Origin: Mustelus asterias | Taxonomy: Eukaryota | NCBI RefSeq assembly: GCF_964213995.1 | Contig: NC_135824.1 | Location: 7,378,001-7,442,000, forward strand | Length of the DNA: 64,000 bases | Direction of reading: 5' to 3' | In this document: one piece after another, positions 37,712 to 47,885 of the stretch | Layout of the letters: each line of letters opens with the position of its first letter | How positions within the stretch are numbered: position 1 is the stretch's first letter | Translations under genes and position numbers: made by a program | Notes under the pieces: model-generated | What the model saw: the letters and a program-made list of their open reading frames with translations, nothing else | What the model was told of the DNA's origin: nothing | The model's database searches: none

Positions 37712-38504
37712 TCCTCCGTGCCCTTTTCCACCGCGCGGAGACGTTTCCTGTACGGGCTGCTGCTGCACACCTTTCACTACCGCGTCCTCGCCCATCGCCC
37801 GGATACACCTTGGCAGGCCTTGTTGCCGCCGGGCGGCGGAGGTCCCCAGTGGAGGTCCCTCTACGGAGGGATCTCCCCCAATTATCTCGGGGACCTGGGG
37901 TGGAGGGTGCTGCACGCAGCAGTGCCGTGCAACCGTAGGTTTTTCCGGTACACGGGCTCCCGAGACTGCCCTTTCTGTGGCCTCGTGGAATCCGTGGACC
38001 ATGTCTACGTTCTGTGTTTTAGGCTCCACACCCTTTTTGGTTTCCTCAAACACCTCTTATTGATGTTTTGTTTGCACTTCAGTCCCACGCTCCTGATCTA
38101 CGGGCACCTGGTGCGGAGAGGGGCGGGTCGGGATGCCGACCTCCTCGTGAACCTGCTCCTGGGCCTGGCGAGACGCGCCATCAATAGGTCCAGGCAGCGG
38201 GCGATCGACGGGGCCGTCCATCCCGACTGTCTGCCCCTCTACCGCGGCTACATTCGCGGCCAGGTGTCCCTGGAGAGGGAGCATGCGGTGTCCACGGGCG
38301 CGGTTGACGCCTTCCGCGACCGCTGGGCGCCGCAGGGGCTGGGGTGTATTATCGACCCCGATAATCACCTTTTGGTTTGACGTTTTAAGTTTCCTTTCGA
38401 CTTTGATTTTGGTTCGGGCTGTTCCCCCCTTCCTTTTGGGGAGCCGCCCCTTTTACTTTGTCCCTAAGTTAATTTGAGTTTGTTTACTTGATTGGTGCCG
38501 AAAA
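37712..38504 (+). mobile_element. Tx1 (L1-clade) LINE 3' end, young, CpG-rich, ORF2 C-terminus open to 38380
   Basis: DLGWRVLHAAVPCNR...CPFCGLVESVDHVYVLC (zf-RVT-like) ...LVNLLLGLARRAI..SR; T-rich 3' UTR; AGCTACCT duplicated at 37704-37711 and 38505-38512. Confidence 0.85.
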
Positions 38505-38574
38505 AGCTACCTAATTGGCCATTAGGACCCAATCTAAATCCCAGAAGAGTCTTTCTGCCCTTTATTTAGGTACC

Positions 38575-39295
38575 AGCCTTGGCTCAGTGGTTTGCATGCT
38601 TTCCTCTGAGTTAGGCAGTTGTGAGTTCAAGTCGCGCTCCAGGACTTGAACATAAAATCAAGGCTGGCACTCCATTGCAGTACTGAGGGAGCGCTGCACT
38701 GCAGAGGTGTTGTCTTTCACATGAGACGTAAACCAAAGCTTCAGGGGGATGGGTAACACAGGAGGAGGAGACAATTACTTAATTCTGTTTACACTTAAGG
38801 TTTAGGGGCAACCAGATCAGCTGTGGCTCAGTTGGTATCATCTCAGAGTCAGCAGGTTGTAGATTCAAGACTCGCCCCAGGACTTGGGGATAAAAATCTC
38901 AGGTGACGATTCATCATGGAACTGTTGGAGGCGCTGCCTTTGGGAAAGGAGCTAAACAGAGGCACCTCTGCTCTCTGGGGCTGTGTAAAAGATCCCAGGG
39001 CACTGTTTCAAAGAAGGGCAAGGGTAATTATCCCCTAGCATTTAACTCTCAACCAATATCACATAAACAAATTATCTGGTCATTATCAAGTTGCTGCTTG
39101 TGGGATCTCTCTGTGTGCAAACCTGGTGTTTTAAACACCTTTAACCTGGTGTTGTGAGACTTCTTACTGTGCAAATCAGGTGACATGTTTCTACATTGCA
39201 ACAGTGCCCTAAACATCAGAAAGGACATATTTGGCTGTAAGGTGCTTTGAGACATCCTGAGGGTCTGAAAGGCAAAATATAAATGCAGCTCTTTC
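38575..39295 (+). mobile_element. Two tandem DeuSINE (SacSINE1-like) copies
   Basis: tRNA-like heads at 38577 and 38820; Deu-core gctgcactg..gaggtg..gtcttt..atgagacgtaaacc and gtaaaagatccca.ggcact. Confidence 0.75.
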
Positions 39296-39329
39296 TTCCC
39301 CCCTGTTGCCTAACGCTAGCACATTTCAT

Positions 39330-41900
39330 AGGCATGAACGTTGTGCTGGGTGAAGTGAAGAAGGATACTAGGCTAGGGGTTAGATCAATAGAGACACAGT
39401 GGCAGACATTTAAGGACATATTTCAGAATTCCTGCTGTAAAGGGAGGAGTCACCATCCATAGTTAATTAAAGAAGTTAAGGAACCCATCAAACTTAAGGA
39501 AAAAAGCATGTAACTATGCAAAGAGGAGTGGCAAGTCAGATGATTAGTCAGAATATTTTCGATTTGATTTGATTTATTGTCACATGTATTGTGAAAAGTA
39601 TTGTTTCTTGCGAGCTATACAAACAAAACAAACCATTCATAGAGTACATTGGGGAGAAGGAAAAGAGAGAGTGCAGAATATAGTATTACAGTCATGGCTA
39701 GGGTGCGGAGAAAGATCAACTTAATATATGATAGGTCCATTCAAAAGTCTGATGGCTGCAGGGAAGAATAAAGAACAGCAGAGAATGGCGAAAAGCTTAA
39801 TCGGGAGAAAAAAATAAGAATATGAGAGGAAGCTAGCTCGGAATATAAAAACCGGTAACAAGAGTTTCTACTTTTATTTAAAGAGGAAAAGAGTAAATAA
39901 AGTGAGTGGTGGTGCTCTAGAGAGCAAGGATGGGGAGTTATTCATAGATATTAAGGAAATGGTGGATGAAATGAATAAGTTTTGCATCTGTGTTCATTAT
40001 AGAGTATACGAGAACATTCCAGTAATAGCTGTAAATTGGGAGTTGGAGGGGAGAGAGGAACTTGGTGAAACTACAATCAGCAGGAGGCGGTAGTGAGCAA
40101 CTCTTTTGGATTGACAAGTCTTCAGGTTCTGATGATCTTCATCTTAGGGTCTTAAAAGAGGAGGCTAATGAGATAGTCAATGCATTAGTATTAATTTTCC
40201 ACAAAGCGTTAGATTCCGGAAAGACTAAATCAGACTGGAAAGTAAAAAAAATGATATGAGAGGGACGGAGGCAGAAAACAGGAAATTATAGACCAGTTAC
40301 CTTGACACCTGCTGTGGGGAAAGGTGTTAGAATTGATCATCAAAAAGGTTAAAGATGGTCATTTAAACAAGCTCAAGATAATTGGGAAGATCAGCATGGA
40401 AGTGAAATCATGTCTAACCAATTTATTCGATAGAGGGAAGCCTGTAGATGCACTGTATTTAGATTTCCAGAAAGCATTTGTTAAAGTGCCACACCAAATT
40501 ATATTGCAAAAACAAAATCTCATGGGGCAACATCTTAGCCTGGGTTTAAGGTGGACTGGTTAGCAGAAAACAGAGAGTATGATTAAATGGGTCTTTGTCT
40601 GATTGGCAGGATGTGATGAGTGGAGTCCTGCAGGGGTCTGTGCTGGAGCTTTAACTTTTTACAGTTTATATCAAAGACCAAAGAACAGTACAGCACAAGA
40701 ACAGGCCCTTCGGCCCTCCAAGCCTGCACCAACCATGATGACTGCCTAAACTAAAACTGTAATGTACTTACGGATCCATATCCTTCCATTCCCATTCTAT
40801 TCATGTATTTGTCTAGATGCCCCTTAAATTCCGCTATCGTACCTGCTCCCACCACCTCCCCGGGGAGCACGTTCCAGACATTCACACCCTCTGTGTAAAA
40901 AACTTGCCTCGTATATCTCCTCTAAACTTTTCCTCACGCACCTTAAACCCTATGTCCCCTAGTATTTGACTTTTCTACCTAGGAAAGAGCATCTGACTAT
41001 CCACTATGTCCATTCCACTCAATCTTGTAAATCTCTATCAGGTCACCCCTCAAACTCCGTCGTTCCAGTGAGAACAAACCGAGTTTATCTAATCTCTCCT
41101 CATAGCTAAGACTTAGGTGAGGGGAGTGAAGGCACGGTTGCTAAATTTGCAGGTGATACAAAGATAGGTAAGAAAGTATGTTGTGAAGAAGACATAGAAT
41201 CCCTACAGTACAGAAGGAGGTCATTTGGCCCATCGAGTCTGTACCGACCACAATCCCACCCAAGCCCTATTCCTGCAACCCCATGTATTTACCCTGCTAA
41301 TCCCTCAGACACTCGGGTCAATTCAGCATGGCCAATCAACCTAACCCGCACATCTTTGGACTGTGGGAAGAAACCGGCTCACCCGGAGGAAACCCACGCA
41401 GACACGGGGAGAATGTGCAAACTCCACACAGGCAGTGACCCAAGCTGGGAATCGAACTTGGGACCCTGGCGCTGTGAGTCAGCAGTGCTAACCACTGCGC
41501 CACCACCACATAAGTGCCAGAGCTCTACCACCCCGCCCACCACGGAATCGGAGCGGGCGAGGGGCAGACAATGGAAATGTCTCGAGTGGGATTTTCCGGT
41601 GTTGGGTCGAGTGAGGTCGTAAAATCCCACCCATGAGGTTTGCAGATGGACATAGATAGGTTGAGTGAGAGAGCAATAATCTGGCAGATGGAGTGCAATG
41701 TGGGAAAGTGTTAAGTTATTCACTTTGGCAGGAGGAATAAAAGCAGAGGATCACTTAAATGGAGAATGACTGGAGAATGCTGAGATGCAGAGGGATTTAG
41801 ATGTTTATGTGGATGAGTCACAAAAAGTTAATATGTAGGTGCAGCATGTAATCATAAAAGTGAAGGTAGTAAGGAGGTTCAGAGGAGGTTTACTAGATTG
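39330..41900 (+). mobile_element. Old CR1-like LINE fragmented by insertions: Rex tail 39556-39765 (-), CR1 tail 40675-41110 (-), HE1 41174-41505 (-), MITE-like piece 41510-41633
   Basis: D.LHLRVLKE..NYRPVTLT..SCLTNL..DALYLDFQKAF..QGSVL..KFAGDTK motifs occur in order across the inserts. Confidence 0.75.
41174..41505 (-). mobile_element. HE1-like V-SINE
   Basis: Reverse complement of the 3822-4132 type. Confidence 0.88.
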
Positions 41901-41924
41901 ATAAAATGAGCGAGGTATTATAAG

Positions 41925-42858
41925 TGTGTTTTTCAGATTGGAGACCTATAGCTAGTGGTGTTCTGCAGGGATCAGTGCTGGGACCTTTGTTATTTGTAGT
42001 ATATATAAATGATCTGGAGGAAAATGTGGGGGTCTGATTAGTAAGTTTACAAATGACACGAAGATTGGCGGAGTTGCTGATAGTGCCGAGGATTGTCAGA
42101 GAATACAACAGGATATAGATAGATTGGAGACTTGGGCACAGACGTGACAGATGGAGTTTAATCCAGACAAATGCGAGGTAATGCATTTTGGAGGATCAAA
42201 TTTAGGTATGAATTATACTGTAAATGGCAGAACCTTTAGGAACATTACCATACAAAGGGATCTGGGCATGCACGTTCACAGTTCCCTAAAAGTGGCAATA
42301 CAGGTGGCCAAGGTGATTAAGAAGGTATATGGCATGCTTGCCTTCATTGGCCGGGGCACTGAGTACAAGAGTTGGGAAATCATGTTGCAGCTGTATAAAA
42401 TCTTGGTTAGGCCGCATTTGGAGGACAGCGTGCAGTTCTGGTCACCACACTACCAGAAGGATGTGAAAGGTTTGGAGAGAGTGCAAAGAAGGTTCACCAG
42501 GATGTTGCCTGGTCTCGAGGGCGTTGGCTATGAGGAGAGGTTAAATAAACTCGGATTGTTTTCACTGGAAAAACGGAGGCTGAGGGGAGACCTATTAGAG
42601 GTTTACAAAATTATGAGAGGCATAGACAGAGTGGATAGTGAGAGGCTTTTTCTAAGGGTGGAAGTAAGAATTACAAGGGGAACACATGTTCAAGGTGAGA
42701 GGGGGAAAGTTTAAGGGAGATGTGTGGTGGAAGTTTTTCATGCAGGGAATGGTCTGTGCCTGGAACGCGCTGCCAGAGCTTGTGGTGGAAGCAGGCACAT
42801 TAGCAACATTTAAGAGGCATCTGGATGGGTACATGAATAGGGAGGGAATAGAGGGATT
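41925..42858 (+). mobile_element. CR1/HER1-like LINE 3' fragment
   Basis: [17 protein letters not shown]; MEFNPDKCEVMHFG...LVRPHLE..VQFWSP...VQRRFTRMLPG. Confidence 0.92.
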
Positions 42859-42864
42859 CGGAGT

Positions 42865-42899
42865 CACCTGATGAAGGGGCAGCGCTCCGAAAGCTCGTG
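42865..42899 (+). ncRNA. Minimal hammerhead motif (Penelope family A terminus, 42862-42945)
   Basis: CAC CUGAUGA A GGGGC-agc-GCUCC GAAA GC UC GUG. Intact core, UC cleavage site, CAC/GUG stem I. Confidence 0.7.
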
Positions 42900-43129
42900 C
42901 TACCAAATAAACCTGTTGGACTTCAACCTGTTGTTGTGAAACTTATAACATTAGCTCCATTCTCTCTTCACAGATGTTGTCAGACCTGCTGAGATTTTCC
43001 AACACTTTCAGTTTTTGTTTCAGGTTCCAGCATCCACAGTAATTTGCCTTTATTATAGTTAGATTCATGTTGGGTAGGGGAATCAGAGGTTTTTAGGGTT
43101 GCAGAACCCAACACAAACAGCCATGATCT

Positions 43130-43253
43130 AAGATAAAGGCAAAGTACTGTGGATGCAGAACTCTGACGAAGGGTCATCCAGACTTGAAACATTGGCTCTA
43201 TTCTCTCTCCACAAAGACCTGCTGAGAGGTTCCAGCATTTTCTGTTTTTGCTT
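43130..43253 (+). mobile_element. Short Penelope-B terminal insertion with hammerhead-like core CUGACGA...GAAA at 43163-43193
   Basis: The 5' segment aaaggcaaagtactgtggatgc is an inverted copy of the family tail; CAGCCATGA is duplicated at 43118-43126 and 43254-43262. Confidence 0.65.
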
Positions 43254-43289
43254 CAGCCATGACCTTATTGATTGGGCAGGGAGGATGGG

Positions 43290-43455
43290 GCAGGGGGAGA
43301 AGGCCAGAGGGGCTGGATGGCCTACCTGCTACACTGTAGGGATTCTATGACAGTGGGGAGCATGTTGGAAGGGCTGAATGGCCTCCTGCTGCACTGTATG
43401 GATTGTGTGAATAGGGAGGGGAGCAGGCTGGAGGGGCTGAATGGCCTCCTGCTAT
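43290..43455 (+). repeat. Three tandem ~60-bp copies of a CR1/HE1 3'-tail unit
   Basis: ggggag...gggctg(g/a)atggcct(a)cctgct(a/g)cactgta..gatt recurs three times; the third copy is truncated. Confidence 0.65.
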
Positions 43456-43469
43456 TTGGAACGTTGGAA

Positions 43470-44320
43470 CATGGAGGGGGCGGGGCTAAGGGAAAGGCGG
43501 GAAGATTCGAATGGGCGGATGATGTCATGGCCCCGCCCCCTCTCTATCTCTCTCCTCCCACGTGACCGTCCGCGGCCGCGCCTGCGCGGAGAAGCGCGAG
43601 AAGATGGCGGACAGTGCGGAACTGAAGGTAATTTCGCAGCCGGGATTGCGGCTGGAGTGCGGGGCGGAGGAGGGAGCTGGCGCCGGCGGTGCGCTCTGAG
43701 TGTGCGGAGAGAGTCAGAGTGAGCGGGGAGAGATGGAGAGAGAAAGAGGGGGAGAGAGAGAGGAGGCGGCCGCCCCGGGGAGCGGAGAGTTAGGCCGCGC
43801 TCTCTGCAATCGCACCGAGCAACCGGGGAGCATCAGGCAGAGGGACCCGCTCCCCGGGCACAGCGTGGGCAAAAGGCGCGGAACTTTGCTGCTGAGGCTG
43901 TTGACAAGTTGTAGTTTTCTCTCTCTGCCTCTGTCTGCCTCTCCCTGTGTGTGTTGTGAAGTTAAAACAACAAACAGCAGAGAGAGGCGGGGGACAGCAG
44001 CCCTTCCTCAGGGCGAAGATGGTCAGGGGGGGCTTCTCTTTATTGCCCTGTCGCCTCTGCGACCTGATTTATTCAGTTAATAATTATGTCTCCACACCAA
44101 TTTCTCTCAAGACTAACCCCCTGATTTGTTTAATTATATACATACACATTTCTCTCACTGATTTATCATTAATAATTATATACAAACCCCCATTTCTCTC
44201 TCTCTCTGGAGATTAAACCCTCTGCCTGGGTTTTGTGTGAGACTGAGTGCTGATTTTTCTCCAGAAGGCTCTGACCCCGGGCAGCGCCGCCGCCAGTTCA
44301 ACGCAGGAGGATGATGGCGA
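43470..44320 (+). promoter_or_regulatory. CpG-island, TATA-less housekeeping-type promoter of PIAS1
   Basis: Sharp rise in GC and CpG. GC boxes at 43477-43486 and 43530-43539; CRE/ATF-like TGATGTCA 43520-43527; E-box CACGTGAC 43559-43566; NRF1-like GCGCCTGCGC 43578-43587; YY1 AAGATGGCGG 43601-43610. Confidence 0.85.
43604..43627 (+). CDS. PIAS1: First coding exon of PIAS1 (E3 SUMO-protein ligase), encoding MADSAELK; phase-0 intron follows
   Basis: aagATGGCGGACAGTGCGGAACTGAAG|gtaatt: strong Kozak context and a GT donor at 43628. The peptide matches the vertebrate PIAS1 N-terminus as I recall it. It lies in a CpG island. Exon 2 (QMVMSLRVSELQ...) is not seen in the window. Confidence 0.88.
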
Positions 44321-47300
44321 TCTGAGCGCTTTGCTTTTGTATCCTGCCATTGTTTCTCATTAACTTGCAGCCACTTTTATTTTATTTGCGCCGTCCCCTC
44401 TCAATAAAGATCACCCACCCCCCTTTTAAAAAAAAAGTGCACCCTACACTCCCTCAACTGCACGGTTTTTAATATATATATTTTTAAAAAGCTGCAGCCA
44501 ATTCTTCCCTCCAATATCTTCTCTCCTGTTTAGCGACCATCCTGGTATTAACATGTTGGGGTCTCTTCTTGCATTCGTGTCGGCGGCAGTACTTGCTGCT
44601 GTTTGTTTTTTATTTTTGGTCAAAAATAAACATTGTTGCTTCTCTGGAAACGTCGCGTTTGTAGTTTACTCTCACTTCCCACCGCGTTTTTTGTTCGTGC
44701 TTCTCGTTCCGTGGGGTTTGCCTTCTGATCAGCGGTTTAACAGCCGAGTGTTTTTCATGTGCTGTAGGCTGTTTAATGATGAGCTACAGTCAACATTTCT
44801 CCCGGCGATGTGCTGTATTGACTAAAGCGTGACCGGGTATTTGTGTGTTTTGTAAATAAGTGTCGGAAGCATTGATATGATCTGCCAAATTGCAGTTTGG
44901 AGATTCAGATCCTCCAGTGCACTGTCCGTTCTTAAATTGTGAATGTGAGAACCAGGCGGAGTATTGCTACTGTTATATGACCCCACTATTTATGTCGCTG
45001 GTACTTAAGGAAAAAATGCGGCTTGATGTTAGATACCAGAATCGATGCAATCCATAAAATAACCATTTTGATGAGTTAAATGGAATATGTGTATATCAGA
45101 GTGATTCCATTAGTTGACTTCTCGTTTATTTTTTGAGCCCCAGTAGATTGAATTTATTCTATAGCGAGTGAATCGTGGTAATGCTTTTGGGGCCAATTTT
45201 TTTTGGTATATGTACAAGTAAATGGGTCATATTCTATTTTGGGCTATCTGTCTAGATTTTCAGTGAGGATGATGGAAAGTGAGCAAAGATTGGGGTCAAG
45301 AATCTCATTTAAGAGATTCTGATTGTATCTTCAGGGACAGGAGGTAAAGGGAGAATCAGTAGCTTTTATTGGGTTTTGTGCAGCAGTGGATTTATCTCGG
45401 GTGTGAAGTTGTAAATTCACATTGAAGTAATGACTGAAACTCAGCTGTAAGCATGAAATGCAAAGTTAGTTTGGGCAGCTATAGCGATTATTGAACAGAG
45501 GATAGATAGATTGCATAACGCAAACATAACTTGATACAAAAGTTGGTGGTCTTCTGAAACTGGGCTTAATGAGACCAATAGGTTGCAAATAGGAGGACCT
45601 CTGCTCTGTATCTGATCCTTGTGTCTAAACCTGGGACTATTTGCAGATTACCGGAAAATGAAACAATTTATTTCAATACTGGTATCTTCATGTTGCTTTT
45701 CAAAATGAATTAAATAATTTCTATTCCTAGTCTTATGCCTACACATTAGCTTTTGCTTTTAAAGTCAAAATTGTGTTCAGACTTGTAAACGTGCAGTAGA
45801 ACATCTTTTTATATTTGTATATATTTAAACAAATTGTCAACATTTTTTGTAATTTTGTGATTTGTGTCTTCTAATTTCTTAAGTGGCGAAACAGAAAATA
45901 TCTAGAAATATAGGTGGAGAAAGATAGGTTAACCTTGTGTAAATCTTTAATCATACTTCCCATAACAGTCGACACTGCATTAAAGTAATAGTACTGCAGA
46001 AGGAAAGGTCTGCTGACAAGATATAATCCTGCTGTGAACTGCTTGTTGTAGTACAGCTCCTGAATAAAATGAGATTTTACAGCAAAGGTAAGTTCCTGGG
46101 ATGTTCACTTTGTGTATGGTATCTGTACAGCTGAATTTGTTGGAACTGCAGATTTAGTTGCACAAAACAATCCGTCCATTAACTGCATTGTCTTCACTCC
46201 GAAAACTGTCACAGCTCCACTGTTGAAAAATGTTTTCTTGGGTACTTCCTGTCTGTATTTACAAAAAAACTCTTGAAATTATGGTTACTGGATGTATATT
46301 TTATACTAATTTTTGTTTGTCAGAATAATGTAATATGTGCAAATTCAAATCAATAGCTCTGTGTGTTTGTTCTGAAGCTGGCAGTAGAGGCAGTACAGAA
46401 CCTACCTGTTGTATAATGATTCTACAGTGATTGAAAGAATACCCTGTTGGGAGCCAGGCAGATTATTTGTTTCCACAATATATCTGCCCAGTTACTTAGC
46501 ATAAAATGTATCTCATCAAAGGTGGTTGAGTAGGTCAGCGGCTATTCTATTCTTTTAGTGGTCAACGGATGCCAAATTCTCCCTCAAAAGTGGCTCTTTG
46601 CCTCCCATTTACCACAATTAGTGACACTTGACTGCACAAATAGTTCCCAACTCGATGCAGAGTTCCTGGCAGCTTTTCAAATATTTTAAATGGGGTTTAT
46701 ACAGTTCTACTTTGGATGATTTGGATGGGAGTTGCTGAAAAAAGTGAGTAAAAGTTACAAGTACTGTGTATGTGCTGTTTTTTTTTTCCTTGCCGCATTT
46801 GCTCAATTTAACTTTTGTTGGGGCTGACATGAAGGGTTCTGTGATGATGCACAGAAATTGGGGGCTCAAAATGCTTAGAATTTTTCTCTCAAAATGATAT
46901 TGAGAATAAAGTTGATATAGCAAGTCTTTATAATGAGCTTTAAAGTGTGCTACTAGTCAGATAGTCATGCTGGCTGTTGAAACAAAACACAAAAAGCTGG
47001 CAGAACACAGGTCAGTCACCATCTGTGGAGAGAGTTGGCAGATGACATTTTGGTCTTTGCTATTCAGCATTGAGGAAAAAAAGCACAAGCATATTGCTAG
47101 TCAGAAAAATCAGGGGCAGAGAGTGGGGATACTCTTTCATAGAGAGAATATCACGTTTACAGCACAGAAACAGACCGTTTAGCCCAGCTGGCCCATGCCT
47201 GTGTTTATGGTCCAAGACCTGCCTCCACCTTTATTCATTCCGTCAGCATATCCTTCTGTTCCGTTCTCCTTCATTTGTTCATCCAGTTTTCCCTTGACTG

Positions 47301-47689
47301 TATCTGTGCTATTTGTCTCAACTATTCTTTGTGGCTCTGAGTTCACCATTTCTTCATTTTGAGAAAAGAAGCTGCTCTTGAGTTCCTTGTTGAATTTATT
47401 AGTGACTATTTCTTAGTTTTGGCTTTCTCCTATAAGTGGAATGGCTACCTCATTAAACCTCTTAATTTTTAAGATCTTTACTGCTCAAGGCTTCTCTTCC
47501 ACGGCCTCAATAAATGTTGTGTGGGGGATGGTGGGAAAAGTGGCACAAAAACATCATTGTACTGATTATTGGATGCCTAAAAGGATCATCACGGTGAAGT
47601 CGTGGAATTCAATATTTAACACATCAAAGATGCACCTGAATAACCAAGGCATTGGGAAACAAACAATTGGAAAAAGTAGATAATTTGGA

Positions 47690-47885
47690 ATAAAAACAGA
47701 AAATGTTGGAAATAGTCAGGTATGGCAGCATCTGTGAGAGAGACAGAGTTAACTATTCAGGTTAATAACCCTTCAAGTCACTGAACTGAAATGGTAACTG
47801 TTTCTCTCTCTCAGATGCTGCCATACCTGAGTATCACAGCATTTTCTCTTCTAATTCAGACTTCCCACAACCACAGTACTTTGCT
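47690..47885. repeat. Palindromic element derived from the Penelope-B terminus
   Basis: caggtatggcagcatctg (47717-47734) is the exact reverse complement of 47812-47829; the flanking arms are imperfectly complementary. Confidence 0.65.

Noticed and set aside
43441-44080. GC-rich ORFs of 93 and 126 aa over the CpG island
   Set aside because: Low-complexity by-products of high GC. The recognisable coding signal is the 8-codon exon in another frame.
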